A stretch of DNA of 44,739 nt from a virus. Lineage: Duplodnaviria > Caudoviricetes. The notes under the pieces were generated by a model. The model searched no databases. It was given only the letters and a program-made list of their open reading frames with translations, and was not told the DNA's origin. Where the stretch lies: positions 1 through 44,739 of IMG/VR virus record IMGVR_UViG_3300010362_000035; one strand, written 5' to 3'. Position 1 is the first letter of the stretch. Every line of letters starts with the position of its first letter. Made by a program: the position numbers and the translations under genes. Shown here one piece after another: positions 27,548-36,163 of this stretch.

Positions 27548-28178
27548 TCGAGCCCCTCGTATCGACCATCGCCGGCGCGGGCGAGATCGGATTGCCGTCA
27601 GCGTCGATGGTGCCCTGCCACGTGCTCTGCATCGAGGTAAGCCAGGCCTGCGCGGCGGAAGGCCAGCCCTCGTCGTCGACGTCGTCGGCGTACGGGTTGT
27701 CCCAATTCGCCGGCACGAAGAGGCGCGGGCCCGCGCCGCATGGCACGTAGGGCGTGCAGACGTCGTAGGCCTGCCCGCCGCCCTCCGGCCCGCCGGGGCC
27801 CATCCCGCCGTCGACGATGCACTGGTAGAGATCCTGCATCGCCTGCGCGAGCTCGTCGGATAGCTGGGGGTAGTGGCTCCGGTTGTCTGAGATCTGCTCC
27901 GGGAAGTAGCTCTTCTCGATCATGGCGGCGGCGAAGAGCGCGACCGTCCAGCGGTAGCCCTCAAGGCAGTTCTGGGGGGCCGCCCAGCCGACGCGCAGGG
28001 CGACCATCGAATGCGCCGTCTCGATGGCCTGCTCGACCTGCCCGACGGAGGGGCGCGTGCTCTCGTTGAAGAGCCCTACCTCGCGCCCCTCGTCATCCTG
28101 GGTGCGAGCGCGGAGCCAGACGGCCACGTCAGCCGGGGAGCAGATCGGTTCCGCCGGCGGCTGGGGCTCCGCGCTCAC
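27540..28178 (-). CDS. Head-tail adaptor
   Basis: Follows the capsid gene; LRART...FNESTRPS...IEKSYFPEQ; start at GTG 28178 or ATG 28184. Confidence 0.65.
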   Translation of the reverse strand: MSAEPQPPAEPICSPADVAVWLRARTQDDEGREVGLFNESTRPSVGQVEQAIETAHSMVALRVGWAAPQNCLEGYRWTVALFAAAMIEKSYFPEQISDNRSHYPQLSDELAQAMQDLYQCIVDGGMGPGGPEGGGQAYDVCTPYVPCGAGPRLFVPANWDNPYADDVDDEGWPSAAQAWLTSMQSTWQGTIDADGNPISPAPAMVDTRGSSA

Positions 28179-28192
28179 GATCATCCCCTCCC

Positions 28193-29119
28193 TTAGGCCG
28201 TCGCCGTCGTGGCGAAGGGGTAGGAGGTGACCTGCTGGCCGTCCGCGCCGATGCTGACGTGGTCGGCGGTCACGAAGGCGTAGCGCGCGACGGCGCGGAG
28301 CGCCACGGCGTCCTGCTGGGCGAGGTTGAAGATCACCTTCCCGGCGTCGTCGGAGATCACGCTCTCGCTCAGGACGCGGTACGTGATGTCCTGGCGGACG
28401 CCCAGGACGGCGGCGTTCCAATCGCCCATGATCGTCATGAGATTCGCCGGCCATGCCAGCGAGCCGGAGGGGTAGAGGAGGTTGTAGCCGAAGAGGTCGT
28501 TGGGGGCCGCCCCCAGCGAGGCCGCTCCCCCTAGCTGCGCGAGCGCGCGGCGGAGATGCCCGCGGACGGAGGCGCGCGCGACGATCCCCGTCACGTCGAC
28601 GTCGTTGCCTTCGAGGAGGCCCAGCGCGGTATCGATGCCCTCCACCACGTCGGCGTTGACGATGGCCTGCGTCGGCGTCGCCGCCGCCGCTCCCGGCACG
28701 ATGGCCTGCGAGAAGGTGGCCGGCCGATTGACGCCGAAGACGCAGGCGGAGTCGAGGACGCGGGCGAAGGCGTCCGCGAGGAGCGGGCGGAGGCGAGCGA
28801 AGATATCGACGCTCACGTCGGCAATGACGGCCTCCGGCACCGGGACGATGACGGCGAGCTCCTCTGCGGTGAGGTACTTCCCCGTCCAAGACACCTTGCT
28901 GGTCTGCTTGAGCCCGGTATCCCCGTTAACCCAATAGGCGTACGGCAGGGCGTCCAGCACCGATGTCTTCGCCTGCCCCGATGACATCGGGATCTGCCTG
29001 AAAAGGCTAGAGACGATGGAGGTACGGGCGATGTCCGTCTGGAGGTCGACGACGGCGGGCTCCGGCATGAGGCCCTGAACGTCGACTCTGGTGACTAGCT
29101 GGTCGTAGATGGGCGGCAC
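28193..29119 (-). CDS. Major capsid protein (HK97 fold)
   Basis: AYWVNGDTGLKQTS, EELAVIVPVPE, GDWN...GVRQDITY, NLAQQDAVALR. Confidence 0.92.
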   Translation of the reverse strand: MPPIYDQLVTRVDVQGLMPEPAVVDLQTDIARTSIVSSLFRQIPMSSGQAKTSVLDALPYAYWVNGDTGLKQTSKVSWTGKYLTAEELAVIVPVPEAVIADVSVDIFARLRPLLADAFARVLDSACVFGVNRPATFSQAIVPGAAAATPTQAIVNADVVEGIDTALGLLEGNDVDVTGIVARASVRGHLRRALAQLGGAASLGAAPNDLFGYNLLYPSGSLAWPANLMTIMGDWNAAVLGVRQDITYRVLSESVISDDAGKVIFNLAQQDAVALRAVARYAFVTADHVSIGADGQQVTSYPFATTATA

Positions 29120-29213
29120 GGCTTCTCCTGTGGCTAGAGGTATCTCCGCGCTCTCGCGAGCGCCTCCGGCCTTCGGGGGCCTGCGCTACTGCCGGCGCGC
29201 GCTCGCGCCTGCC

Positions 29214-29753
29214 CTACCGCGGGGCGAAGCCCGCTTGCTGGCGAATCGCCGCGTTGATCTCGTCGTTGGGCTTCGCCGCAGGGGGCGGAGCCGACCGACT
29301 GCGCGCCCCTCCGTCGGACGGCGGCGGGGCTGGCTGGGATCCGGCCTGGAAGTAGCCGGGGGAGTCCTGGGCGAGCGCGGAGATCGCCTCCGCCGCGCCC
29401 TTGACCTTGCCGTCCTCCAGCCGGACGGTGGAGAGATCGACGAGGCGGAGCACATGGTCGGGCCGCCTCGCCCCGGCCTTGACGGCCTCCGTGATGAGCG
29501 CCATCTCGACCTGCGTCTTGCCGACGGCCGGCTCGAGTTCGCTGACGCGCGCCTTGAGGGAGTCGCGCTCCGCGACGACCGGCTCAAGCTCTGCGTTGCG
29601 GGCCTTGAGCGTATCCCGCTCGCCGCTCGCCGCATCGAGCTTCTCCTGCCACTCGCGGCGCTGGCGCGCGACGATCTGGTCGACCTCCGCCTGGCTGAAC
29701 TGGCGCGCCGGCGGATCTGAGGAGGCGGGAGGAGCCGGAGGATCTGCGCCCAT
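29214..29753 (-). CDS. Capsid scaffolding protein
   Basis: FSQAEVDQIVARQR, coiled coil, C-terminal INAAIR; between portal and capsid. Confidence 0.8.
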   Translation of the reverse strand: MGADPPAPPASSDPPARQFSQAEVDQIVARQRREWQEKLDAASGERDTLKARNAELEPVVAERDSLKARVSELEPAVGKTQVEMALITEAVKAGARRPDHVLRLVDLSTVRLEDGKVKGAAEAISALAQDSPGYFQAGSQPAPPPSDGGARSRSAPPPAAKPNDEINAAIRQQAGFAPR

Positions 29754-29759
29754 CGGGGC

Positions 29760-31268
29760 CTAGGCTACCGCCGGAGGCTGGATCTCGCCACCGGGGGCCG
29801 CCGCCGGGGCCCCGGCGGGCGTCGGCGCGGCCTTCCCGACCGTCAGGCCATGCTCGCGCGCCTCGTCGATCCAGTCCCAGAACTCCGCGATCTGCTCCGG
29901 GCTGTAGCCGTAGTCCTCCCAGAGTTGCTGGGGCGGCACGCCGATGGTCAGGCGCTTCGCCAGCGAGTCAGCGAGCGCGCTCTCAGACCGCCGGCCGGCG
30001 GCGGTCCAGTCGATCCCGATCATCGGCGCGCCGATCGTGATGTCCTCGATCCTGCCGGCGAGCCCCATCGCATAGGAGATGCCGGGCCCCATGCTCCTCT
30101 GCTTCGCGACGACCTTGTCGGTCATCCCGGCCTCCGCGGCATCGAGGCTCTCGCCGGACGGCCAGTTGCCGGAGCCGCTCATGAGGATGTGCGGCGGGAT
30201 CCGCGAGCGGCTCGCGATGCTCCGGATCGCCCAGTCCAGCGCTTGAATGTAGTTCCCCAGGTCCGTCGGCGCGAACTCCCCGAAGCGCCCGTCGGCCTTC
30301 TCGTTGATCCAGACGCGCTCGACGGCGGCCCGGAAGGGCTGGATCGGCTGGCCCGTCTCCGGATCCTTCGGCACCTCCAGCCCCGTCGCCCAGCGCTGGC
30401 GGAAGGCGGAGAACTCCGCGCTGACGAGCATGTGCGAGAGGAGGAGATCGATGGCGTCCTGGGAGGAGACGAAGTCCGCGATATCGGAGCGCCCCAGGCC
30501 GATCGCCACGTCCGGGACGGAGTGCGGCGGGACGAGCAGGGAGAGCGGCGGGCGGGCCGGCAATAGCTGGGGGTCGTTGAGGAGCGCGCCCACGGGCACG
30601 ACGCCCAGGGCGTTGTCCTCCATCTCCGGGGCCTCGTCCTCGCGCGCCATGAGCCAGGAGTCATGGGCGCGCTTCGAGCGCCGGAAGATCGCCTCCGGCG
30701 TCCAGAGCGTGACGTACAGCGCCTCCGCGTCCTCGTCCCACCACGCCTTGAGGGCGGCGACGATCCGCCGGCGGTCGGCGGGGTCGCGGGCGATGATGAA
30801 CTGGCGGGGATGCTCGACGGTGATGCGGGCCCGCGCCTCGCCGGCGTCCCGGTAGGGCTGGACGAGGAGGTACGCCTCGCCCTGCTGGCAGGCGGCGTCG
30901 AAGGCGAGCCCGGAGTCGAGCTCGAGCCCCTCGCGCCGCCAGAGGTCGAGGAGTTGGCGATCGGCGAGGTCGGAGCCGCCGCCCTTGAGCGCCTGGACCT
31001 CTAGGCGCTGGGAGGCGGCCTGGACGATGAGGGCGCACCAGTTGTCGGAGATCCCGGCGAGCATCGCCCCGAAGGCCCGCCGGTACTGGCTGGAGATGAA
31101 GGCCAGCGCATGCCGGCCCTCGACGTAGTCCGTGTAGAGGTCGGAGAGCGGGGCGCGCTCCTGCAAGCGCGCGAGCATGCGCGCCATGAGGAGATCCGGC
31201 TCCGACGCGTCGAGTGGCTCGCGGAGGTCGACCCACTCCTCGCCGGCGATGGAAGCGAAAGCGCTCAT
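29760..31268 (-). CDS. Portal protein (SPP1 gp6-like, actinophage type)
   Basis: DYVEGRH, NWCALIV, AFRQRWATG, SGESL; ATGA-coupled to terL. Confidence 0.9.
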   Translation of the reverse strand: MSAFASIAGEEWVDLREPLDASEPDLLMARMLARLQERAPLSDLYTDYVEGRHALAFISSQYRRAFGAMLAGISDNWCALIVQAASQRLEVQALKGGGSDLADRQLLDLWRREGLELDSGLAFDAACQQGEAYLLVQPYRDAGEARARITVEHPRQFIIARDPADRRRIVAALKAWWDEDAEALYVTLWTPEAIFRRSKRAHDSWLMAREDEAPEMEDNALGVVPVGALLNDPQLLPARPPLSLLVPPHSVPDVAIGLGRSDIADFVSSQDAIDLLLSHMLVSAEFSAFRQRWATGLEVPKDPETGQPIQPFRAAVERVWINEKADGRFGEFAPTDLGNYIQALDWAIRSIASRSRIPPHILMSGSGNWPSGESLDAAEAGMTDKVVAKQRSMGPGISYAMGLAGRIEDITIGAPMIGIDWTAAGRRSESALADSLAKRLTIGVPPQQLWEDYGYSPEQIAEFWDWIDEAREHGLTVGKAAPTPAGAPAAAPGGEIQPPAVA

Positions 31269-32692
31269 GAGAAGGCGTAGAACCTCCCGGGCCTCGCGTC
31301 GGATGCCAGCGCGTCGCATCGCGCCTCGTAGGCGAGGACGGCGGCCACGGCGAGGTCGATCTTGTTCGGGCTCATCGGCGTGTCCTTCGTCAGGAAGTAG
31401 CCGCCCCTGGTCTCCTTCATCCTGGCGTTCATCACATGGCGGGTCAAGTTGGGATCCCCCGTATGCCCCGCCTCGCCCGCCACGATGTCCGTGCGGAAGC
31501 GCTCGACGGCGGCGACCATCGGGGCGCGCGCGGTATGGAAGGGGATCACGGCCGGCTGGCCGAACTCCATCCCCCAGCGCTCGATCTCGCTCTGCCAGAG
31601 CGGCGGGTCGAAGTAGCCGCGGACGACGCGGTACGTGCTCATGGCCTGCGCTACGGCTACGTCTACCTCGCCGGCGGGCACCTCCCAGGAGCCGTCGCGA
31701 TGATGGCCCTCCGGGGCCTCCCAGAGCGCCAGCGGCACGATGAGGCCGTCCTCGATCCTGCATGCGCAGAGCCCGGTGCTGTCGCCGACGCGCGAGCCGT
31801 CGAAGCCCAGGCCGACCCGCTCGCCTGGCAGGAGCGCGCCCAGCCGCGCCGCGAGCGCCCACTGCTCCGCCCTCAGCCACCAGTCCTCCGTCGCCTGCCA
31901 GATCCCGCAGGCGAAGCGCGCCCAATGCGCGGCGAGCATCGAGGGGCTCTCATAGCGCCGGCGGAGCGCCTCCTCCGTCTGCCATGAGGCGGGGTTGGCG
32001 AGCTTGACGACGCTCATGTTCGAGCGGTCGTCCTCGCGATCCAGCGCCCACTCATGCAGCGCGAAGCCGCCGTTGGGGGAGCGCGCGACGGTGTGGCGGC
32101 CCTCCCGGACGACGCCCTCGAGTCCGTGCGCGGCGGCGCGCATCGTCCCCAGGGCGGAGGCTTCGCTGTCGCCGGCGGTCGAGATCGTGAGCATCTGGCC
32201 GGAGCGCGGGCCCAGCCCGTCGCGGAAGACGCCGTACAGATTCAGGCTCTTGTGGCGATGAAGCTCGTCGACGAAGGCGAGCGTCGGGATCACGCCGTCG
32301 GCTGTGTCGACGTCGGCGGCGAGGACGCGGATCCGCCCATTGCCCTCCCGCGCCCGGATCATCCGGTAGCCGCGCTGCACCTTCATGTGGCGGAGCAGCG
32401 CCGGCGAGCGATCCACGAACCCGGCGGCCTGCTCGAAGAGGATCCCCGCCTGGTCGCGGGAGGCGGCGGCGACGAGGCACTCCGCGTCCTCGACCGTAAG
32501 GAGATGGAAGAGCGCCAGCGCCGCCATGAGCGTGCTCTTCCCGTTCTTCTTCGGGAGCAGGGCGAGCGTCTCCTCGCACCCGGCGAAGTAGTCGGCCAGG
32601 AGCTCGCGCTGGAAGGCCTCCAGCACCATCGGCCGGCCGCTCTCCAACTCGAGCCGCGAGCAGAAGGAGGCGAAGTCCTCCAGCGCGCTCAT
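31265..32692 (-). CDS. terL: Terminase large subunit
   Basis: Walker A PKKNGKST, AASRDQA, Walker B FVDELH, TISTAG, nuclease GFDGS...D, KIDLAVA. Confidence 0.95.
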   Translation of the reverse strand: MSALEDFASFCSRLELESGRPMVLEAFQRELLADYFAGCEETLALLPKKNGKSTLMAALALFHLLTVEDAECLVAAASRDQAGILFEQAAGFVDRSPALLRHMKVQRGYRMIRAREGNGRIRVLAADVDTADGVIPTLAFVDELHRHKSLNLYGVFRDGLGPRSGQMLTISTAGDSEASALGTMRAAAHGLEGVVREGRHTVARSPNGGFALHEWALDREDDRSNMSVVKLANPASWQTEEALRRRYESPSMLAAHWARFACGIWQATEDWWLRAEQWALAARLGALLPGERVGLGFDGSRVGDSTGLCACRIEDGLIVPLALWEAPEGHHRDGSWEVPAGEVDVAVAQAMSTYRVVRGYFDPPLWQSEIERWGMEFGQPAVIPFHTARAPMVAAVERFRTDIVAGEAGHTGDPNLTRHVMNARMKETRGGYFLTKDTPMSPNKIDLAVAAVLAYEARCDALASDARPGRFYAFS

Positions 32693-32997
32693 GCCCGCCG
32701 CCGGCGCGCCGCGAGCTCGTCGTCGGGGTCGCCGCTCCCCTTCTCCGGCGGCGGCACCTTCGCGAGCAGGCGCGCCAGATTCACCGTCGCCGTCACGGAG
32801 CCGTCGCGAGCCCGCTCAAGCAAAAGCCGGACGGCCTCGTCGTACGGGCTCTCCCCGTCGCGCCGGCCATGATCCAGACCGCGCGCGAGCGCCTGCCGGG
32901 CCGCCTCCGGCACGGAGATCCCCTCCGCCTCCGCCCGCCGCCCCAGGGCGTCGAGAAGATCGGGCGGATACGCCACGCGGAGGCGCTGCATGGCCAC
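32689..32997 (-). CDS. terS: Probable terminase small subunit with N-terminal ribbon-helix-helix
   Basis: Directly upstream of terL with ATGA overlap; C-terminal DPDDELAARRRR. Confidence 0.65.
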   Translation of the reverse strand: MAMQRLRVAYPPDLLDALGRRAEAEGISVPEAARQALARGLDHGRRDGESPYDEAVRLLLERARDGSVTATVNLARLLAKVPPPEKGSGDPDDELAARRRRA

Positions 32998-33029
32998 GAG
33001 CGGAGCCTAGCGCCGCCAGCGCCGCCCAG

Positions 33030-33107
33030 AAACGCCCGAAAACGCCCCGATCGGCGCTGGAGCCGCCCGCCGGCGCGGAAAAACGCCGCAAAACGCCCCG
33101 ATCGGCG
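33030..33107. repeat. Two imperfect 27-bp direct repeats AAACGCC(CG/GC)AAAACGCCCCGATCGGCG, candidate packaging region
   Basis: Copies at 33030-33056 and 33081-33107 in non-coding DNA upstream of terS. Confidence 0.7.
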
Positions 33108-33169
33108 GCTTTCCTCGCGCGGGAGCTTGCTCGCCTGGGACGCGGGCGGCGAAGAGGGCATAGCCCCTC

Positions 33170-33349
33170 TCATGGGCCAGGCGGGATCATGCGGACGAGC
33201 AGGCGCGTCAGGGCTTCGTCGGAGACGAAGGCGAGCTCTGCCTCGCCGGCTACCGTCGCCTCGATGAGGAGGAGCGCCATCCGCCGCAGGCCAGCGCGAT
33301 CCCCGGTGATGGTGATCCCTCCGTCATCCTCAAGCTCGATGTGCAGCAT
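33170..33349 (-). CDS. Hypothetical protein (59 aa, MLHIELEDDG...)
   Basis: Protein-like C-terminal part of ORF 33170..33679; no clear RBS. Confidence 0.45.
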   Translation of the reverse strand: MLHIELEDDGGITITGDRAGLRRMALLLIEATVAGEAELAFVSDEALTRLLVRMIPPGP

Positions 33350-33373
33350 GAGCAGGCGAGCGGGTACTCCTCG

Positions 33374-33538
33374 ATGATGGGCCTGCTCCTCATCATCCTG
33401 GGGCTCGTGCTCTGGCTGGGCCTGGGCTATGGACTGCTTGGCTTGATCCTGCTCATCATCGGGATCTGCCTGCTCTTCGCGCCCTGGCCCTCTGCCTATG
33501 GCTACGGCTACTACCGTGGCCGCCGCGGGCCCCCGTAG
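33374..33538 (+). CDS. Small two-TM membrane protein
   Basis: MMGLLLIILGLVLWLGLGYGLLGLILLIIGICLLF...YYRGRRGPP. Confidence 0.65.
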   Translation: MMGLLLIILGLVLWLGLGYGLLGLILLIIGICLLFAPWPSAYGYGYYRGRRGPP

Positions 33539-33741
33539 ATCCACGACCGCCTCGCCCTCTCTCGTCCATCTACCCTGCTTGCCGGCCAGCGCCGGGGGGA
33601 CCGCGTCATCGTCCAGCCCAACCCCGGCGCTGTCCGCTACCGTCGCCGATCGGAGCCTGCGGATCCGGCGAGGCCTCATCCTCCCCGCGCCTGGGTGGTC
33701 GCGGGCTCTACCTCTGGGGGGCGAGCCGCTGGCCCGTGCGC

Positions 33742-34038
33742 CTAGGCTTCGGCCTCAGGCTCGCGGGCCCGCCGGCCCCGGCCCCTTCCCCCGGTCGCCG
33801 GGGCCGGCACTGCTTCATCGGCCGCCGGGGGCTTCGGCTTGACTGGGGCTGGCTTGCTCTCCTGCCGCTTGGCTTCGGCGCGGACTCGAGCGGCCTGCTT
33901 GTGCAATTCGTCTGCGAGTTCCTGCGGGAGGATCTCGTCGGGTGGCGTGCCTGCTCCCCGCTGGGCGAGCGCGAGGTCGGCGAGCGCATCGATGACGGGG
34001 GCTAGCGGGTCTTGGCGGCGGTAGCCGGGGAGCCTCAT
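33742..34038 (-). CDS. Hypothetical protein (98 aa, MRLPGYRRQ...)
   Basis: ATGA-coupled to the HNH gene; GGAG RBS. Confidence 0.6.
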   Translation of the reverse strand: MRLPGYRRQDPLAPVIDALADLALAQRGAGTPPDEILPQELADELHKQAARVRAEAKRQESKPAPVKPKPPAADEAVPAPATGGRGRGRRAREPEAEA

Positions 34039-34328
34039 CTGCGTTCTCCATCGCGAGGATGCTCTGCGTGGTGGCATGCGGCGCAGAGCAGGACGAGGTT
34101 GGCGAGCTCGAGCCCGTGCGGGCCCAGCGGCCCCAGGGCGTCCCGATGATGGGCGCGCAGATGCCGGCTCGATCCGCACTGCTCGCAGACGCCGCGCTGG
34201 GCGACGAGGGAGGCGACTCTGCGCCATGCCCTCGACCCGTATCCGCCCTGCGCATGGGCGCGGCAATGGCGCTTGCCGGGCTCCGCGAGCTCAGGGCATC
34301 GCGGGGCCCAGCATACGGTGCGAAGCAC
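34035..34328 (-). CDS. HNH endonuclease (packaging-associated type)
   Basis: CWAPRC...CRAH...WRR...CEQC...AHH...NLVLLCAACHHAEH; near terS/terL. Confidence 0.85.
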   Translation of the reverse strand: MLRTVCWAPRCPELAEPGKRHCRAHAQGGYGSRAWRRVASLVAQRGVCEQCGSSRHLRAHHRDALGPLGPHGLELANLVLLCAACHHAEHPRDGERR

Positions 34329-34483
34329 TACGGGCCGGCGGGCGGCTCGACAGGCATGCCCAGCCGGGCGGCCGTAGCGTCCGCGATGGTCTGGGCCGTG
34401 ACAACCGCGCTCTCCTGCTCCAGCGTCGTCACAGTCGGGTCGTTGGGATGCTTCGCTCCCAGCGTTTGAACGGGCAGAGCCAT
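34328..34483 (-). CDS. Small hypothetical protein (51 aa, MALPVQTLGAKHPNDP...), absent from the ORF track
   Basis: Read manually; AGGAGG RBS, leader variant, TAGTG overlap with the HNH gene. Confidence 0.65.
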   Translation of the reverse strand: MALPVQTLGAKHPNDPTVTTLEQESAVVTAQTIADATAARLGMPVEPPAGP

Positions 34484-34516
34484 GACGGCCTCCTGGGGAT
34501 TCGGGTTGGCGGGATG

Positions 34517-34804
34517 CTACCGCGAGCGCCGGCGAGCGCCTTTGCGCATTCCGGGCCTTGAGGTCGTCCCCTTCTTCGGGCCTACGCTCGCGATCTTGTT
34601 CCCCCACTTCTTCCGGACGGCCTTCGCGACGGTGCTGTAGGAGCCGGCCGTGTTGGGCTGGGCGGCCCTGGCTAGGGCGTTGCGGGCGCGGGCCTTCGTG
34701 TCGATCGGGTACAGGCCGCGCCCTTTGCCGCCGACGGGGCTGGAGGGCGGGTAGACGAAGGAGGAGGCGGGAAGCTTCCTTCGGCGCTTGGCTGAGAGGG
34801 CCAT
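34517..34804 (-). CDS. Small basic protein (LPxSxF...YPI...ARNALAR family)
   Basis: Motif familiar from small phage/actinobacterial proteins of unknown function; TAGCCT 9 nt before the ATG and no RBS. Confidence 0.75.
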   Translation of the reverse strand: MALSAKRRRKLPASSFVYPPSSPVGGKGRGLYPIDTKARARNALARAAQPNTAGSYSTVAKAVRKKWGNKIASVGPKKGTTSRPGMRKGARRRSR

Positions 34805-34924
34805 GATGCGCAGAGGCTACGCCTCTGGGGCGTTCTGCCAGAGCGCCGGCGGGGGTCGATGAATCCCCCGCGGGAGGCGCGCAACGCCCCGGAGACGGGG
34901 GTGCTGCGCGCCGATCCGGGCGGA

Positions 34925-35218
34925 TTACAGCCAGCCGCGCCCGCGGACGATGCGGCGGGCCTTGACGCCCGCCTGGCGGAGTGTCTGCTCAGCGAGGGCA
35001 TGCTCGCCCTGGACGATGCGCTTCTCGTCGGCCTTCGTGTAGCGCCGCGCGCCGACGCGCCCGTAGAGGCGGCCCTCGATGTACCGGCGCTCCCAGAAGT
35101 TCTGGTGAGCCTCTTCGTCGAGGAGGTAGATGTCGGCCATCCGCCGGCCGTAGGGCTCAAGCGTCCAGATCTCTACGAGCATGCGCTCGCCTACGTGGAT
35201 GAGCTTCGGGCCACTCAT
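34925..35218 (-). CDS. Hypothetical protein (97 aa)
   Basis: GAGGAG RBS, ATGA overlap. Confidence 0.65.
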   Translation of the reverse strand: MSGPKLIHVGERMLVEIWTLEPYGRRMADIYLLDEEAHQNFWERRYIEGRLYGRVGARRYTKADEKRIVQGEHALAEQTLRQAGVKARRIVRGRGWL

Positions 35219-35424
35219 GCTCGCTCCTCGCTCATAGCGAGCATGGCGGCGAACCGCTCGTAGCTCTGCTCCTGCGTGAACCGCTTGGCGGTCGCGGGCT
35301 CCATCCACGAGAGCGCGTCCATGATCGCCTGCGTGCCCGCCTCCCGCAGCCGCTCGACCTCGGCTTCGGCTGTTTCGGCGCGAGCAAGCAGCGCCTCCCG
35401 TACCGTCCGCTCGTACTCATCCAT
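35215..35424 (-). CDS. Hypothetical coiled-coil protein (69 aa)
   Basis: ARAETAEAEVERLRE; operon tiling. Confidence 0.65.
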   Translation of the reverse strand: MDEYERTVREALLARAETAEAEVERLREAGTQAIMDALSWMEPATAKRFTQEQSYERFAAMLAMSEERA

Positions 35425-35431
35425 CGCTTGC

Positions 35432-35689
35432 TCACTTTCCGGCCCTAGCAGGCTCGCGCCTGCTCTCTACCCACTGGACGGCGGCGAGATCGACCCAGCG
35501 CCCCCCGATGCGATAGCGGGGGCCCAGCCTGCTCTTCGGGCGGGCCTCAAGGTAGTCGACGCGCCCCAGGATGCGCGGGCCCTCCGCATGCTCTAGCTGG
35601 ACGGCCACGAGGACATCCTTGCTCATCGCGAAGTTCAGCCGGTAGGCGTTCTGGGCGCGCCGGCGAGCCTCTTCGAGATTCGGGCTCAT
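35432..35689 (-). CDS. Hypothetical protein (85 aa)
   Basis: ATGA overlap; operon tiling. Confidence 0.6.
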   Translation of the reverse strand: MSPNLEEARRRAQNAYRLNFAMSKDVLVAVQLEHAEGPRILGRVDYLEARPKSRLGPRYRIGGRWVDLAAVQWVESRREPARAGK

Positions 35690-36048
35690 GATCCGGCCGG
35701 CCGGCGGCGCTGGAGCCAGCCCATGAACGAGCCCTGGGGGCGCTCGCGTGGCTCAAGGAAGCAGGAGGAGGGGGCCTTGTGGAACCAGCCCCAGTCCTCG
35801 CGCCAGAGGACGAGCTTGCCGCAGTCGCCGCAGGGCTGGCCCTCTTCGGCAAGGGCCGCCGCCACCAGATCCTCCGTCCGGGCGTGCTCGATCTGCTCCG
35901 GGGGCGTTCCCTCGCGCTTCGAGAGGATCTCCGCGCAGTGCTCGCGCAGGAGCGCCTCGATCTCCTCCCCGCTCATCGCGTGGAAGCTCGCCTCCGCCTC
36001 CTTCGCCGTCAGGGCGAGGAGCACCGCCTTCATCTCTGTTCGATCCAT
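35686..36048 (-). CDS. Hypothetical protein with Cys/His zinc-finger-like motif
   Basis: CGDCG...WFH...C; AGGAGG RBS and leader motif. Confidence 0.7.
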   Translation of the reverse strand: MDRTEMKAVLLALTAKEAEASFHAMSGEEIEALLREHCAEILSKREGTPPEQIEHARTEDLVAAALAEEGQPCGDCGKLVLWREDWGWFHKAPSSCFLEPRERPQGSFMGWLQRRRPAGS

Positions 36049-36053
36049 CGTTG

Positions 36054-36112
36054 CCTCCTATGGGGGCTTCGGGTACGCCCCTGAGGATACCGCTTGCTAT
36101 CAGATGGAACGC
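36054..36112 (-). promoter_or_regulatory. Putative promoter/leader TATCCT-N7-GTACCCGAAGCCCCCATAGGAGG with degenerate 15-bp box
   Basis: Copy of the repeated architecture. Confidence 0.6.
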
Positions 36113-36138
36113 AAAGGGCCCGCTCGATGGCGGGCCCT
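36113..36138 (-). terminator. Intrinsic terminator
   Basis: AGGGCCCGC-CATCGA-GCGGGCCCT-TT on the minus strand after gene 36164..36790. Confidence 0.65.
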
Positions 36139-36163
36139 GCGGTACTGCCTATGAGGGGCGAGG

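Noticed and set aside
33170-33679. Full 169-aa minus-strand ORF
   Set aside because: Its middle is the antisense of the convincing plus-strand membrane gene; only the last 59 codons were kept, at low confidence.
12520-34712. Additional GTACCCGA matches at 12520-12527 and 34705-34712
   Set aside because: Inside coding regions with no upstream -10 or downstream RBS; probably chance.
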